This document shows, piece by piece, positions 12,135-24,934 of a stretch of 64,000 bases of DNA. Numbering within the stretch: the first letter of the stretch is position 1; every line of letters starts with the position of its first letter. The position numbers and the translations under genes are program-made. This DNA comes from Nemertoderma westbladi (taxonomy: Eukaryota > Animalia > Xenacoelomorpha): NCBI GenBank assembly GCA_032718475.1, contig JAUCBJ010008697.1:15100-79099 (forward strand). The letters run 5' to 3'. The notes beneath the pieces are model-generated. The model was not told the origin of the DNA. It was given only the letters and a program-made list of their open reading frames with translations, and made no database searches.

Positions 12135-14201
12135 ATGAAAGTCTATGATGATATTTACTATAGTCGTGTGGCGACCGACAGTGAAGATAGTGACATCGAA
12201 AGTGAAACCGACAATGTCGTAACAGTTATTGCTAAGGTTCCCACGTGGAAACGTCTCATTGGCTGTGGACTCGCCGTTTTGACCGGTCTTTCAGGTGCCC
12301 TGGCAGCGGCGTCTGGCAAGCATTCGCACGTCGGTGTTATATATCTTTTTCTCTATACAGGTTGTTTCTCCTCATTGGCTGTACTTCCTTACGTTATCCA
12401 CCAATGGCGACACATTGTTCCCGGTATTATATTTAGCAAGCAGGTACTATTAGCACTATTAGTTCAAGGGTTGATCATCACCTTGGGAACAATATTTAAA
12501 CAATGGACCATTCATGAAATGCCTATAGGCGACGCAGTAATGCTCAGTCACATGAGTTTGGTTATGATGCCGTTTGCCGGTGAGTTAATAATAATTATTT
12601 AACAAACACGATCAATTATGTACTGAGGTATATAGTTACAGTTAGGCCTCTTATTTACTTTTAGTTTCATTATTAGTACATCACTCGCACTAAAACTCTT
12701 AGTATTTTTTTGACATCTTGGCAAAGGAAAAGTGAATTTGCGGGAATTTCAAATCTGAAATTTACGGTACATGAAATTCGTTAGGAAATAAATGAAGTTC
12801 CAGCAAGTAATGACATTTTTTTGTTTTGCTGAAAAAGTAAGTTGGTAGGTAAACAACTACCCTTTGCATGCATGTACCATGTGATCTACTATTGATAAGA
12901 CTTAAGCATATTTATTTATCTAAAATAGGTAATGTATGCATGGTCAGGTAGAGACTCACCGCAGATAAAAGCTGTGAGCTGTGATTTTTTTTATAATAGG
13001 TAATGTATACATATAAACAAATTGTGAGGCACCACGGTGAGCCTACAATCACTATCCCTGAATAATTCAAACTTCGCGTTGCTAATTGATAGAAGAGACG
13101 CAATGCGACCTGTTTTGAAAAAGCAAAACTGATGTATTTATTACATACGAATAGCCATCGCGGTTATTTACAAGCAGATTGATGATTGGCGCAAATTGTT
13201 GGTGCTGCTTCCCAATCACTAGTTTAGGCTCAGCTCTCTTGCTCTTTCTCGCTTTCTCTTGCTTTTCACACGTCATTCTATCACTCATCCCCCTGTGAAA
13301 CACTCCTTCCCGGCGAAACAGACCACCGATTGTACGCACAATTGCTCTTTTGTTTCCGGACTTTATAAACGTACTGCTTTTGAAATTTTTATTGTTATCA
13401 GCAAATAAATAAATACACCAAATTTACTTTGATATGTTTAACATCTATTGATAGTAGTAGGCCTAAATTATTAAAGTACTTCAAACGGGACTTTAGATGA
13501 ACAACTGCCACCGGTTGTGAATTTATCATTTTGCTCCATTTTTTTCAATATATTATATTGCATTACTTTACCTACAATAGTTACGCGTTTCTCCCTTTCC
13601 AGAATGGTTATTCCTACGAGCTCGCCCAGGATTGGTGGAATTCGCCGCTGTTATTATGTGCCTATTTGGCGTCGCCTTCATAACACAACCTGAGATTCTC
13701 TTTGACCAATCAGATGCGAAACCTCTGCCCCTGAAACCGGTGCTTGTAAGTTTCGTTAGCATGATGTTCCGAGTGGCGAGTGCCCTGATTATTCGCGGTT
13801 GGCTGAAACACGTTCATTGGACCGCCATCGCCTTGAATGCTTCATTTTTCCGCATCGCCGTCGACTTTGTTGTTTTAGCAGCGAACAACAACGTGTCCTT
13901 CCAACACTGCCCGTATATACTACGAGTTTATATATGTCTGTTCGCTGGACTCATGTTATTATGTCAAATGTTGCAGTACACCTCGTTAAAGTTTGAATCG
14001 GCCACCATAGTGGCCTGTTTGAACTCAACGGAAGCTGTCTTCGCATACCCATTTCAGGACGAAATCTCGGTGTATTCTTGTATCGGCGCCGCATTGGTTA
14101 TGTCGGCTACTTGCTCTATTAGTATTAAAAAGGTTATTATGAATGAATGTGTTGGGAGATTAAATCATCGACAGGTTATTAATAAAAAAGTAAACGAATA
14201 A
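12135..14201 (+). CDS. SLC35G1: SLC35G/EamA (drug-metabolite transporter) family membrane protein, 2 exons (12135-12579, 13603-14201), ~347 aa
   Basis: Multiple hydrophobic helices; MPIGDAVML and ESATIVACLNSTEAVFAY motifs. The phase-1 intron G|GTGAGT...ctccctttccAG|AA joins the two ORFs in frame (MMPFA-EWLFLRARPGLVEFAAVIMCLFGVAFITQP). The symbol is a family-level resemblance. Confidence 0.75.
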
Positions 14202-14442
14202 TGGTGCAGATTTAATTATTATTGGAATAAGAAATTATTGGAAATAAATTATACACAAGTCCCTTATTTTATTTTAACAGCGTTTCTTGGCGATGTTTGA
14301 ATTAGCCGGAGTATAAAGACTTTATATCCCGTAATAACTATAACTTCCCCAATTACTACCTTAATATTTGCTCTGCACTATAGTTCGCTCACTCTAGTTA
14401 ATTACACTCTAGATCATCACACACTAGTCCTCTCGCACTAAT

Positions 14443-14520
14443 CAGCCACTCAAACTATTTTAGCCATTCAGACATATTTTAGCCATTCACACTATTTTAG
14501 CCACTCACACTATTTTAGTC
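14443..14520. repeat. Short ~18-bp tandem repeat (cacactattttagccatt), ~4 copies
   Basis: Visible degenerate tandem copies. Confidence 0.7.
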
Positions 14521-14749
14521 CTCCCACTTCCAACCTGGAGCTCATCTGTCCAACCCGAACGAACGTTGTCCTTTGCCCAACGAAAGGAGAGCCAGGGGAA
14601 CAACTTGGAGAACAAATAATTGCTTTTACATAATATTAACCCACTAGTTTAAGTAGTTTTTTTTATGTAGTTTACATACCATATCGTGAAGAATTCAGAA
14701 AAGTGAAGTTGTACGATTAGACCAAGAAGCATCTTGGTCTACTAGTTGT

Positions 14750-14885
14750 GAGTGTGACATTCAGCTTGGCTTCCTATGATGAGGCCCCGGTTCGAACCCC
14801 TTGACTGATCGATTATTGGGACCCAAATCAATTTGAGAATGGGTTTTACTGTGGTTGTCGGCGGCTTAAATCAACCGAAAATATT
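14750..14885 (+). mobile_element. Degenerate tRNA-derived SINE relic
   Basis: B box GGTTCGAACC at ~14789-14798 followed by a SINE-like body; A box not clear. Confidence 0.35.
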
Positions 14886-15056
14886 ATCCCATTTAATAGT
14901 TGAGTTTAAAATGGTTTGATCAACTGAAAATAAGGTTCTTTATCCAAAATTTTATTTTCTGTTTAGTATCACGGGGTTTTATACGTAGATAGTGAACACA
15001 AAGGTAAAGTTATTAACAATGAAACATTGTATTGTGTAGGTATATCTTTTCTGTAA

Positions 15057-18000
15057 CTACACTACTGATAAGTCAGGAGCAAAGTACTTCTGACAAAACC
15101 GTAAGGTGAGTAACATAGGCTGTTGAAGTTCCTCAATTAATCGATCTATGTCGCCATCTAGAGCCCCGATGTGAACTGGTTTCAGAGGCAAATTAATAAA
15201 TGACGGTCCCATTGGATCACGTCTGGTGCGCCCCCTAACGTCCAGCGTTGTCTCTCTCTCTGGCCGGCATTGAGTATGATGCAGTTCGCCTAATCTCACC
15301 AAACTGGGTTTACCTTCAACTGGAGGCAATACAACTACCGTTTTCCGCTTCGAATACTCCCTTTCTGCATCACTCAATGCATTACCGCGCAGTTCATTCA
15401 AATACTCCTCGAGTTTCAACTCAATAAAATAATTCAAAGCCTCTATCGGCTTTATGTCTTCCAGAACAGCTTCATTTGGTAATGTATCTATGGTGACAAC
15501 AATTTCTCTCGATTCTTTCTCAACTTCTTCATCAAACAAGGTTTTACCTTCGATATCTCCAGGTGCTTTTACTGGTGTATTAGTTGTCCGTTTTCCATGG
15601 CGTTTTCCCCTAACTTTTTTCCCTGTTCGACCTTTGATCTCTCCTTGTTTCAATGACCGCACTGTCTCCTTTAGATGATCGCGGAATTGTTTCATCAGTT
15701 CCAGTAACCATTTCCTGCAGATATTCTGAACTCCTCGCTTCCGCGCCGCATTCCTGGCCACTCTCGCTGTGTCCCAAGATGAAAGCTCTTTGAATAGAAA
15801 CTTATGAGGGTCGACGACCCCTGAATTAAATAACACAGACTGGCAGACAATCTCTGTAACAGGGTCACCTTCTATAAAATTGGTCATTACTTCTACAATG
15901 TATTCAACATCATATATATATATATTCTTTAAAAGAACTAAAGCAACACCTATAAACTCCCTTTGTTCTGGAATAATACTTCTTGGGTAATCACTTTTGT
16001 TTAATATATACATTAGAGTTTCATATATATTTTTCGAGTTGTCTAGTTTCTTAATTCCGTTCAATAGATCAATAGCACGTGTTATAGGAATTCTAAAATT
16101 GAAATCTGCAATTTTTAATACTTTTAGTAACATTTCCACAAATAACTCCATTGTCCATGGTTTTGGCCAGGTTGTCGCATTTAAGTTCGGCAAGTACTTG
16201 GCAAACCACGCATCACCTTGGAATTGGGTTATCCAATCAGGCAGTATCTCTTTAGGTATTGGCTCAGCAACTTCAGGCGTGGGTTCACGTGGTGGGGCAG
16301 GGGGAGGTTGCTCCGGACGCGTAACTAACTTCTTCAATGGTTTCATCGGCTTCTTGATTCTTGGGGATTTAGGGATAGGTTCAGATTGCGCTGGGGATGG
16401 TGGCCTTTCCTCCAATGGGGTGGGTTCCCTGCTAGGTGGAGTTGGTGTGCGCAATGCTGCTTGCAGTTTAGCCAGCCAATCAGGATCCTCAGACAATTCC
16501 TCTAACTCCTCTTCTATTTCTTCCTCCTTTTGGAACATTTTCCTGCGGTTCTCAAGAGCAGCTAGCTGTTCAGCTGTCAACTGAGGTGGAATCCAGTCAG
16601 GTTCCTTTAACTTGGATAATTCCTCCTCAGGTAATATGAGCTTTAACAACACCGAATTTGGAATAAAACCATCTCGAACAATCGGTAAATTTCCAGTGTC
16701 AGGAATTGGAATTTCGGGAAAGAAACCGAGTGGTTTTTTCTCAGGAATGTATTTTTGTATTGACTTAAAAGCCTTAACATCCTTATTAACAACTATATCA
16801 TCTTTGTATACAAATTCCGGGAGATCTACCCTAACTTGTTCATGGAATTTCAAAATATATTGTTTCATAGCTTTCCGCTTAGTAGTGGAAGAAACTGGTA
16901 TTTTCATAGGTCGCTTTAGAATCCCATCTCTAATTTTTATAATATCCAAATCCCTTCTACTGATTGTGTCATACTTTGCCTGAATGGCGACTTTCTCTAG
17001 AAGTATGTCATTCGCTTCCTCGACTGAAACAACATCGGTATATTGCTCGAATCGAAGTTGCGCTCCATGAGCCAAGCCAAGACAATACAATTCATCACTT
17101 GTCAAAGTTTTTGTAAGTTCTGCGTTCATTTCAATGATTTTGTCTGGAGGAGATTGTTCAATATTCATAGTAGACATGTGATGTACAATATGCTTTGGCA
17201 GGTAATCTTCATGCTTTATAATGTATAAGTGATCGCAAAGTCCAACAAGAAGATCGCCTTTTGCGTCACCAAATACCAGAGAAGTCGGTTGTTCCTTAAG
17301 TTTAATCAATTTGATTAATTCGTTATCCTCGTTCCAAATTCGAACTGTGCAATCTTCACTAGCAGTAGCGAATATCCCTAATGTAACATTGGATGTTGCT
17401 GAGACTATCCTATCCTTGTGATCTTCCCAAGGCTTATGATCAATACGATTTTTTTCCCAAACATTATATACCACAGTGTTGTATGTGGCTGTGACATCAT
17501 CAGAAAAAGCTACCAATAATTTTGCGCCGTACAGAGCAACATGTTTTGGCACATAATTACAGTAAAACGATGTCAGAGGGCCCAGCGATTCAACGGCAAA
17601 TGGAAAGACCCTCCAGACTTTTATACACATATCAGTGCCAATAGAAAGCACGTGATTGGTCGGTTGATCTGTTGCTATGGATACAACCGAGCAATGTTCG
17701 TGGGCCAACACTTGGAAAGAAATACATTCTTGTTTGGTGTCCCAAACTGCCAAATATCCATCCATCGTCCCTAGCAACAGCAAGGCTTTGTTTCGTAACT
17801 TAGGTAATGCTGCTTCTTCCTCCAATGAATCTATCTCTCTGGACAGTGTAGCTTTAAGAACAGTCTTCCACATATCCAAGTCTTTTCCCTCATTTGGCTT
17901 GTTGTAATATTCAAATACATTGATGCATTCACATTTCATATATTTGCTATTTTTTATTGAATTTCTGGGTTTCACAAACCAGTTATTCACGATATGGCAT

Positions 18001-19358
18001 GGGTTAACTTTAGTATTGGCCATTATTAAAAGCTTTCCCCCATCACCTATTAAGTACAAACCGTTATCCAACATGGAATAGCAGAAATCGTTAATTTCAG
18101 TTGATTGTTTTACCATCAATGATGTAATAATGTCACCAGTACATGGGTTGATAATCCTTGCAGTGTTATTCGTTGACAATGCAACACACCTTGATGGAAG
18201 AACTGGATGTGAGACCATCTTCAATAAAACAATTGGTGAACCAATTATGGAGTGTAAAACGTACAAGTTGTCAACCTTCCATGTATGCATAAGGTTTCCA
18301 GAATAGGTGCAGAAGACTGACCTCCTGTAATCCGAATCAACTCCGTGTATTTGAAAGTCTGTCTCAATGTGGTCTATTTCATCTGTAGTTTCAAAACTCC
18401 ATACGCGTATGCTGCTATCTGTTCCAGTACTGATAAGGTATGGTGCGAATGGGTAGACAGCTAATCCGGTGACAGTATCATTGTGACCAATAAATAAGAG
18501 TATCAGATTCCAATCAATCTCTTCATCGTTTTTACCTGCATTCCATACTTTGATTGTTCCATCCAGAGCTGCGGTAACTAAATACTTTAATGGGTTATAA
18601 AATAGGGCAGATGATATTTTCCGTACATGGAGATTCTTATGATAGCCTAGCACAGAGGCATCACAAACTCGCAGGATATAGACAGCTGTATAAGTGACGG
18701 CAAAACATCGTTGCATCTTGCTGGCTGAATCTTCTAATGCGATATGGTAAATATTATCTGATTCATTAATGGCACCAGATTGGGTAGTCTCTTTTGGGAT
18801 TAAATGTCTAGAACCGAATTTAAAACACCAAAATGTTATTGACCCCGGGGATGCAGTGACCACCTGACTTTTTGGTTCGTTACCCACCATACACTGGATT
18901 GGTTTATCAGTTTGAGCAACTGATATAAGTTGCATGCCCTCCGTCAATACTGAAAGAGTTTGCAGACCGTCAGACAGTACATATTGTTGGACCGACTCAG
19001 AGTAAATAAAATATTCCACATGAATATCACTTATATACTCCCAAACTTTATCTCCAATGTCGTTGTAAGCTTCTACAATATTATCTTGTGTAACTATAAT
19101 ATAAATATCTTTCGGTTTATTGAAGTAAATTTGTTTTATTGTGTGTGCCGATTGGATTGTTATACCGGGATGTACCCCATGTGCAATCTCTTTATTTATA
19201 TTATCAATCGCTTTGAGATCATCCTCGGTGTCTTTAACTGCGTCTCTCAATGCCTTCCAATGTGTTATCGCTTTCATTTGAGTTTGTGACAGTTGTGTTT
19301 TCGACTTTGCGACACTAACTGCAGCAGAACGTGTCATTAATTCCTCCAAACTCGACAT
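15057..19358 (-). CDS. WDR97: Large WD40-repeat protein (WDR97/WDR87-like), single ORF of 1433 aa
   Basis: WD repeats (LVTAALDGTIKVWN, GHNDTVTGL..ISTGTDSSIRVWS, ATASEDCTVRIWN), an acidic coiled-coil, a Pro-rich linker and a helical C-terminus. The architecture fits the WDR97/WDR87 group; the symbol is tentative. Confidence 0.75.
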   Translation of the reverse strand: MSSLEELMTRSAAVSVAKSKTQLSQTQMKAITHWKALRDAVKDTEDDLKAIDNINKEIAHGVHPGITIQSAHTIKQIYFNKPKDIYIIVTQDNIVEAYNDIGDKVWEYISDIHVEYFIYSESVQQYVLSDGLQTLSVLTEGMQLISVAQTDKPIQCMVGNEPKSQVVTASPGSITFWCFKFGSRHLIPKETTQSGAINESDNIYHIALEDSASKMQRCFAVTYTAVYILRVCDASVLGYHKNLHVRKISSALFYNPLKYLVTAALDGTIKVWNAGKNDEEIDWNLILLFIGHNDTVTGLAVYPFAPYLISTGTDSSIRVWSFETTDEIDHIETDFQIHGVDSDYRRSVFCTYSGNLMHTWKVDNLYVLHSIIGSPIVLLKMVSHPVLPSRCVALSTNNTARIINPCTGDIITSLMVKQSTEINDFCYSMLDNGLYLIGDGGKLLIMANTKVNPCHIVNNWFVKPRNSIKNSKYMKCECINVFEYYNKPNEGKDLDMWKTVLKATLSREIDSLEEEAALPKLRNKALLLLGTMDGYLAVWDTKQECISFQVLAHEHCSVVSIATDQPTNHVLSIGTDMCIKVWRVFPFAVESLGPLTSFYCNYVPKHVALYGAKLLVAFSDDVTATYNTVVYNVWEKNRIDHKPWEDHKDRIVSATSNVTLGIFATASEDCTVRIWNEDNELIKLIKLKEQPTSLVFGDAKGDLLVGLCDHLYIIKHEDYLPKHIVHHMSTMNIEQSPPDKIIEMNAELTKTLTSDELYCLGLAHGAQLRFEQYTDVVSVEEANDILLEKVAIQAKYDTISRRDLDIIKIRDGILKRPMKIPVSSTTKRKAMKQYILKFHEQVRVDLPEFVYKDDIVVNKDVKAFKSIQKYIPEKKPLGFFPEIPIPDTGNLPIVRDGFIPNSVLLKLILPEEELSKLKEPDWIPPQLTAEQLAALENRRKMFQKEEEIEEELEELSEDPDWLAKLQAALRTPTPPSREPTPLEERPPSPAQSEPIPKSPRIKKPMKPLKKLVTRPEQPPPAPPREPTPEVAEPIPKEILPDWITQFQGDAWFAKYLPNLNATTWPKPWTMELFVEMLLKVLKIADFNFRIPITRAIDLLNGIKKLDNSKNIYETLMYILNKSDYPRSIIPEQREFIGVALVLLKNIYIYDVEYIVEVMTNFIEGDPVTEIVCQSVLFNSGVVDPHKFLFKELSSWDTARVARNAARKRGVQNICRKWLLELMKQFRDHLKETVRSLKQGEIKGRTGKKVRGKRHGKRTTNTPVKAPGDIEGKTLFDEEVEKESREIVVTIDTLPNEAVLEDIKPIEALNYFIELKLEEYLNELRGNALSDAEREYSKRKTVVVLPPVEGKPSLVRLGELHHTQCRPERETTLDVRGRTRRDPMGPSFINLPLKPVHIGALDGDIDRLIEELQQPMLLTLRFCQKYFAPDLSVV

Positions 19359-19782
19359 TCTGATATTCTAACTCATATTTTCTAAATATGTTTCCGATTA
19401 ATTATTTCTAATAATAAAATACGTTTAATAATAATACACTTTTGATGAATTTTTGGTGGAAAATAATTTTTAATAACTCAAATCAAATTACATTATTGAG
19501 AGAATTTATTTGTTGCAAATAATTCTAAATGGACCTACTTTATATATACCGGTAGCAGTAGTAGTAATATTCCATGACAATAAATATGGGTAATTTTTTA
19601 ATAAAAATAAATATGGATAAAACTACTACTCTATTTGCCAACATTATATGAAAAATTATAATATAATTGATTTATTAACATAAAGTTTCGTAACTGTGTA
19701 CTAGTGGATTGTCAGCAAACTATCGATCCATTCTTACAACTTGATAACGTTTTAAATTTATTATTCATGTTTGTTGAGTGCA

Positions 19783-19795
19783 GTTGCTTAGCAAC
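19783..19795. promoter_or_regulatory. RFX X-box-like palindrome upstream of the WD40 gene
   Basis: GTTGCTTAGCAAC, ~425 bp upstream of the ATG at 19358. Confidence 0.55.
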
Positions 19796-20068
19796 GGCGA
19801 TTTCAATCACGCATTATCAAACTAATGCCAACGCCAATAATTAATAGCTGGCTTATGTGGAGCAAGTCATATAGTTGAGCCTTCAGCGAACGTTTATAAT
19901 TGTCATACTAGGGCCGTGTAGCCCTACACACACATGCCTCTGTATATGTGTATATTTTGGTCATAAAATAAAATAAAATGAAATACAGCTAAACTCCAAT
20001 CCTTTTCTAAATTATGGAGAGCGTTATTAGAGGGTGGCGCTGGTATGTTTTTAGCAGATAAGTGGGGG

Positions 20069-22787
20069 TGTAAGCGCTATGACCATCCCTGCCGTGTAAG
20101 CACTATGACCAGCCCTACCGTGTAAGCACTATGACCATCCCAACCGTGTAAGCACTATGACCATTCCAACCGTGGAAGGTAAGCACTATGACCAGCCCTA
20201 CCGTGTAAGCACTATGACCAGCCCTGCCGTGTAAGCACTATGACCAGCCCTACCGTGTAAGCACTATGACCATTCCTACCGTGGAAGGTAAGCTCTATGA
20301 CCAGCCCTACCGTGTAAGCCCTATGACCAGCCCTACCGTGTAAGTACTATGACCAGCCCTACCGTGTAAGCACAATGACCAGCCCTACCGTGTAAGCACT
20401 ATGACCATTCCTACCGTGGAAGGCAAGCTCTATTACCAGCCCTACCGTGTAAGCACTATGACCAGCCCTACCGTGTAATGTAAGCACTATGACTAGCTCT
20501 ACCGTGTAATGTAAGCGCTATGACCAGCCCTACCGTGTAAGCACTATGACCAGCCCTACCGTGTAGTAAGCGCTCCGTACCGTGTAAGCACTATGACCAG
20601 CCAGACCGTATAATGTAAGCGCTCCGTACCGTGTAAGCGCTATGACCAGCCCTACCGTGTAAGCACTATGACCAGCCATACCGTGTAATGTAAGCGCTCC
20701 GTACCGTGTAAGCACTATGACCAGCCATACCGTGTAATGTAAGCGCTCCGTACCGTGTAAGCACTATGACCAGCCCTACCGCGTAAGCACTATGACTAGC
20801 CCTACCGTGTAAGCACTATGACCAGCCCTACCGTGTAAGCACTATGACCAGCCCTACCGCGTAAGCACTATGACTAGCCCTACCGTGTAATGTAAGCGCT
20901 CCGTACCGTGTAAGCACTATGACCAGCCCTACCGTGTAAGCACTATGACCAGCCATACCGTGTAATGTAAGCGCTCCGTACCGTGTAAGCACTATGACCA
21001 GTCATACCGTGTAATGTAAGCGCTCCGTACCGTGTAAGCACTATGACCAGCCCTACCGCGTAAGCACTATGACCAGCCCTACCGTATAAGCGCTATGACC
21101 AGCCCTACCGTGTAAGCACTATGATAAGCCCTACCGTGTAAGCACTATGACCAGCCCTACCGTATAAGCACTATGACCAGACCTACCGTGTAAGAACTAT
21201 GACCAGCCCTACCGTATACGCACTATGACCAGCCCTACCGTATAAGCACTATGACCAGACCTACCGTGTAAGCACTATGACCAGCCCTACCGCGTAAGCA
21301 CTATGACTAGCCCTACCGTGTAATGTAAGCGCTCCGTACCGTGTAAGCACTATGACCAGCCCTACCGTGTAAGCACTATGACCAACCCTACCGTGTAATG
21401 TAAGCGCTATGACCAGCCCTACCGTGTAAGAGCTATGACCAGCCCTACCGTGTAAGCACTATGATAAGCCCTACCGTGTAAGCACTATGACCAGCCCTAC
21501 CGTATAAGCACTATGACCAGACCTACCGTGTTAGAACTATGACCAGCCCTACTGTGTAAGCACTATGACCAGCCCTACCGTGTGAGCACTATGACCAGTC
21601 CAACCGTGTACGCACTATGACCAGCCCTACCGTATAAGCACTATGACCAGACCTACCGTGTAAGAACTATGACCAGCCCTACTGTGTAAGCACTATGACC
21701 AGCCCTACCGCGTAAGCACTATGACCAGCCCTACCGTATAAGCGCTATGACCAGCCCTACCGTGTAAGCACTATGATAAGCCCTACCGTGTAAGCACAAT
21801 GACCAGCCCTACCGTATAAGCACTATGACCAGACCTACCGTGTAAGAACTATGACCAGCCCTACTGTGTAAGCACTATGACCAGCCCTACCGTGTAAGCA
21901 CTATGACCAGCCCTACCATGTAAGCACTATGACCAGCCATACCGTGTAAGCACTATGACCAACCCTACCGTGTAATGTAAGCGCTATGACCAGCCCTACC
22001 GTGTAAGAGCTATGACCAGCCCTACCGTATACGCGCTATGACCAGCCCTACTGTGTAAGCACTATGACCAGCCCTACCGTGTAAGCACTATGACCAGCCC
22101 TACCTTGTAAGCACTATGACGAGCCCTACCGCGTAAGCACTATGACCAGAAAAGCCATACCGTGTAAGCACTATGACTAGCCCTACCGTGTAAGCACTTT
22201 GACCAGACCATCCCTACCGTGTAAGCACTATGACCAGCCCTACCGTGTAAGGTAAGCAGTATGACCGCCCTACCGTGTAAGCACTATGACCAGCCCTACC
22301 GTGTAAGGTAATCACTATGACCAGCCATACCGTGTAAGCGATATAACCCTTCCGTGTAAGCACTATGACCAGCCCTACCGTGTAAGCATTATGACAAGCC
22401 CTACCATGTTAGCACTATGACCAGCCCTACCATGTAAGCACTATGACCAGCCCTACCGCATAAGCACTATGACCAGCCCTACCATGTGAGCACTATGACC
22501 AGCCCTACCATGTAAGCACTATGACCAGCCCTACCGCATAAGCCCTATGACGAGCCCTACCGTGTAAGAAATATGACCAGCCCTACCGTGTAAATGTAAG
22601 CACCATGACCAGCTCTATCGTGTAGGCACTATGACCAGCCCTACCGTGTAAGGTAAGCACTATGGCCAGCCCTACCGTGTAAGCACTATGACCAGACTAT
22701 CCCTACCGTGTCAGCACTATGAACAGCCCTACCTTGTAATAACTATGACAAGCCCTACCGTGTAAGCACTATGATCAGACCAGCCAT
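20069..22787. repeat. 26-bp satellite (taagcactatgaccagccctaccgtg), left block
   Basis: Roughly 100 tandem monomers with recurring insertion variants (gaagg, taatg, agaccat). Confidence 0.97.
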
Positions 22788-24104
22788 ATTATTATTATTA
22801 TTATTAATATAAATTTACACCATAACTTAGAACTGAACAAAGACTGCATAGACAATTTAACTATAGTATTATATGGTGATGGGGTTTCCCCCATAAAAGA
22901 TACATTACATACATTTCATACATTACTTAGTTTAAAATATGAGTTAATAATTATTTAAGGTACATTAAAATACATCGAGTTAAAATTATTACTGTATGTA
23001 ATTGGTCTAAAAAGGCCGTGCTAATTATGAGATTAAACGAAGAAGTTAAAAGGGTCAGAAGACAGGATGTTATATGAAATTAGATAGAAATATTTGTATT
23101 AAAATAAGATGAAATATATATATACGTATTAATAAAAGGGTCGGTCTCTGATGTCGTAAAAATGAGATTAAATATATGCGTATAAATTTAAAATGAGATG
23201 CAGTAAATACGTAATAAAAGGGTCGGTCTCTGATTTCGTAGAAATGAGATAAAATATATGCATATTAAATTTAAAATGAGATGCAGTAAATACGTATTAA
23301 AAGGGTCAGAGTGGATGTGAAATGTAATAAAATTTGTATTAATTAAATAAAGCATTATAGAATATAAGTCGTTATCTATGGGTATAAATTATCGAGACGA
23401 GAGTTATTATTTCTACAGTTCATCAAGACGCAGCTGCAGCACACCGACCAGCTACAGGGAATATCAATTGAGTAGTGTTTAATGAAGTACCTCCAAAATA
23501 AATCGATCAGACGAGATTTAAGCCCTACATGGTTTGTGAAATTGATTCGATTAGGTAATACATTTGCAATGTAAGGTACTCGGAACCAAAAGTTTTGTTC
23601 TGACTTGCATTTCTTCGGCCGCACAACATTAAATAAAATCCGATCATTTGAACGAGTATTTTGGTTTGATGGTCTGCTTAGTTTGAGGTGTTCTTCCCAG
23701 TTGATATCGCATTTTCCAGCGATAATCTTCGACAGCGTCATCAAATCTAGGAGTTGTAGGTAGAGAGAAAGGGGGAGTATGTTAAGTGATTTGAGCCGAT
23801 CTGTGTAGGTCGATTCATTATCTCGTAGTATCCAGATAGTGGCACGTCGTTGTAGACTCTCTATACGTGATAGGTCGTGTTTATTTGGAGACCAACATGG
23901 TGATGCATAGGTTATTATCGGTAGAATCATAGATTTGTACATATTTAATTTCGATAGAGCGGTAAGATTTGATGCACAGTTACGTTTTATTAGTTGGAAG
24001 GCCATGTTTCCTTTACTGCATTTTTCAGTTACGTGTGCGGTCCAGGTAATATTCGATGAGAAGGTGACTCCCAGATCTTTTTCTGAGGTGGTTCGTTCTA
24101 TCGG
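22788..24104 (-). mobile_element. CR1/L2-group LINE 3' fragment with (TAA)n tail, inserted in the satellite
   Basis: EKDLGVTFS; ORF 23376-24005 (LNMYKSMILPIITYASPCWSP..IESLQRRAT..YTDRLKSLNILPL); AT-rich 3' UTR with an internal ~80-bp duplication; (att)n at 22788-22806. Confidence 0.88.
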
Positions 24105-24645
24105 ACCGTGTAAGCACTATGACCAGCTCTACCGTGTAAGCACTATGACCAGACCATCCCTACCGTGTAAGCACTATGACCAGCCCTACCGTGTAAGCAC
24201 TATGACCAGCCCTACCGTGAAAGCACTATGACCAGGCCTACCGTGTAAGCACTATGACCAGACCTACCGTGTAAGCACTATGACCAGCCCTACCGTGTAA
24301 ATGTAAGCACCATGACCAGCTCTACCGTGTAAGCACTATGACCAGACCATCCCTACCGTGTAAGCACTATGAACAGCCCTACCGTGTAAGAACTATGACC
24401 AGCCCTACCGTGAAATCACTATGACCAGCCCTACCGTGTAAGGTAAGCACTATGGCCAGTCCTACCGTGTTAGCACTATGACCAGACCATCCCTACCGAG
24501 TAAGCACTATGAACAGCCCTACCGTGTAAGAACTATAACTAGCCTTACCGTGAAAGCACTATGACCAGCCCTACCGTGTAAGCACTATGACCAGACCTAC
24601 CGTGTAAACACTATGACCAGCCCTACCGTGTCAGCACTATGACCC
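24105..24645. repeat. 26-bp satellite, right block
   Basis: Same monomer as 20069-22787. Confidence 0.97.
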
Positions 24646-24934
24646 GTTCAAGGCATTTGTGGCAATTCAGAGTCGTATACAAAAAACAAACACAGCAAGG
24701 CGTAATATTATTTTGGCGGGTTTATATTCTCAACAACCTTGAGAAATTGCTGCGTTTAGAGTAGTTCGCGAATTGCACAATAAGATATATTTTTGCCGCA
24801 AAAGCTTTTACACCCACACATAATTATTAGGATATATAAATGTAAAAAAAAAACACAGGAACACAACACCGAGTCAATTACTTTAAATTATATTGTACAG
24901 TATAAATTTAAAAATAATTGGACTGAAGAAAGTT

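Noticed and set aside
15454-19289. Plus-strand ORFs
   Set aside because: They are antisense shadows of the WD40 gene.
20069-24645. CRISPR-like array
   Set aside because: Units are head-to-tail with no unique spacers, the context is eukaryotic and there are no cas genes. The same applies to 55560-61460.
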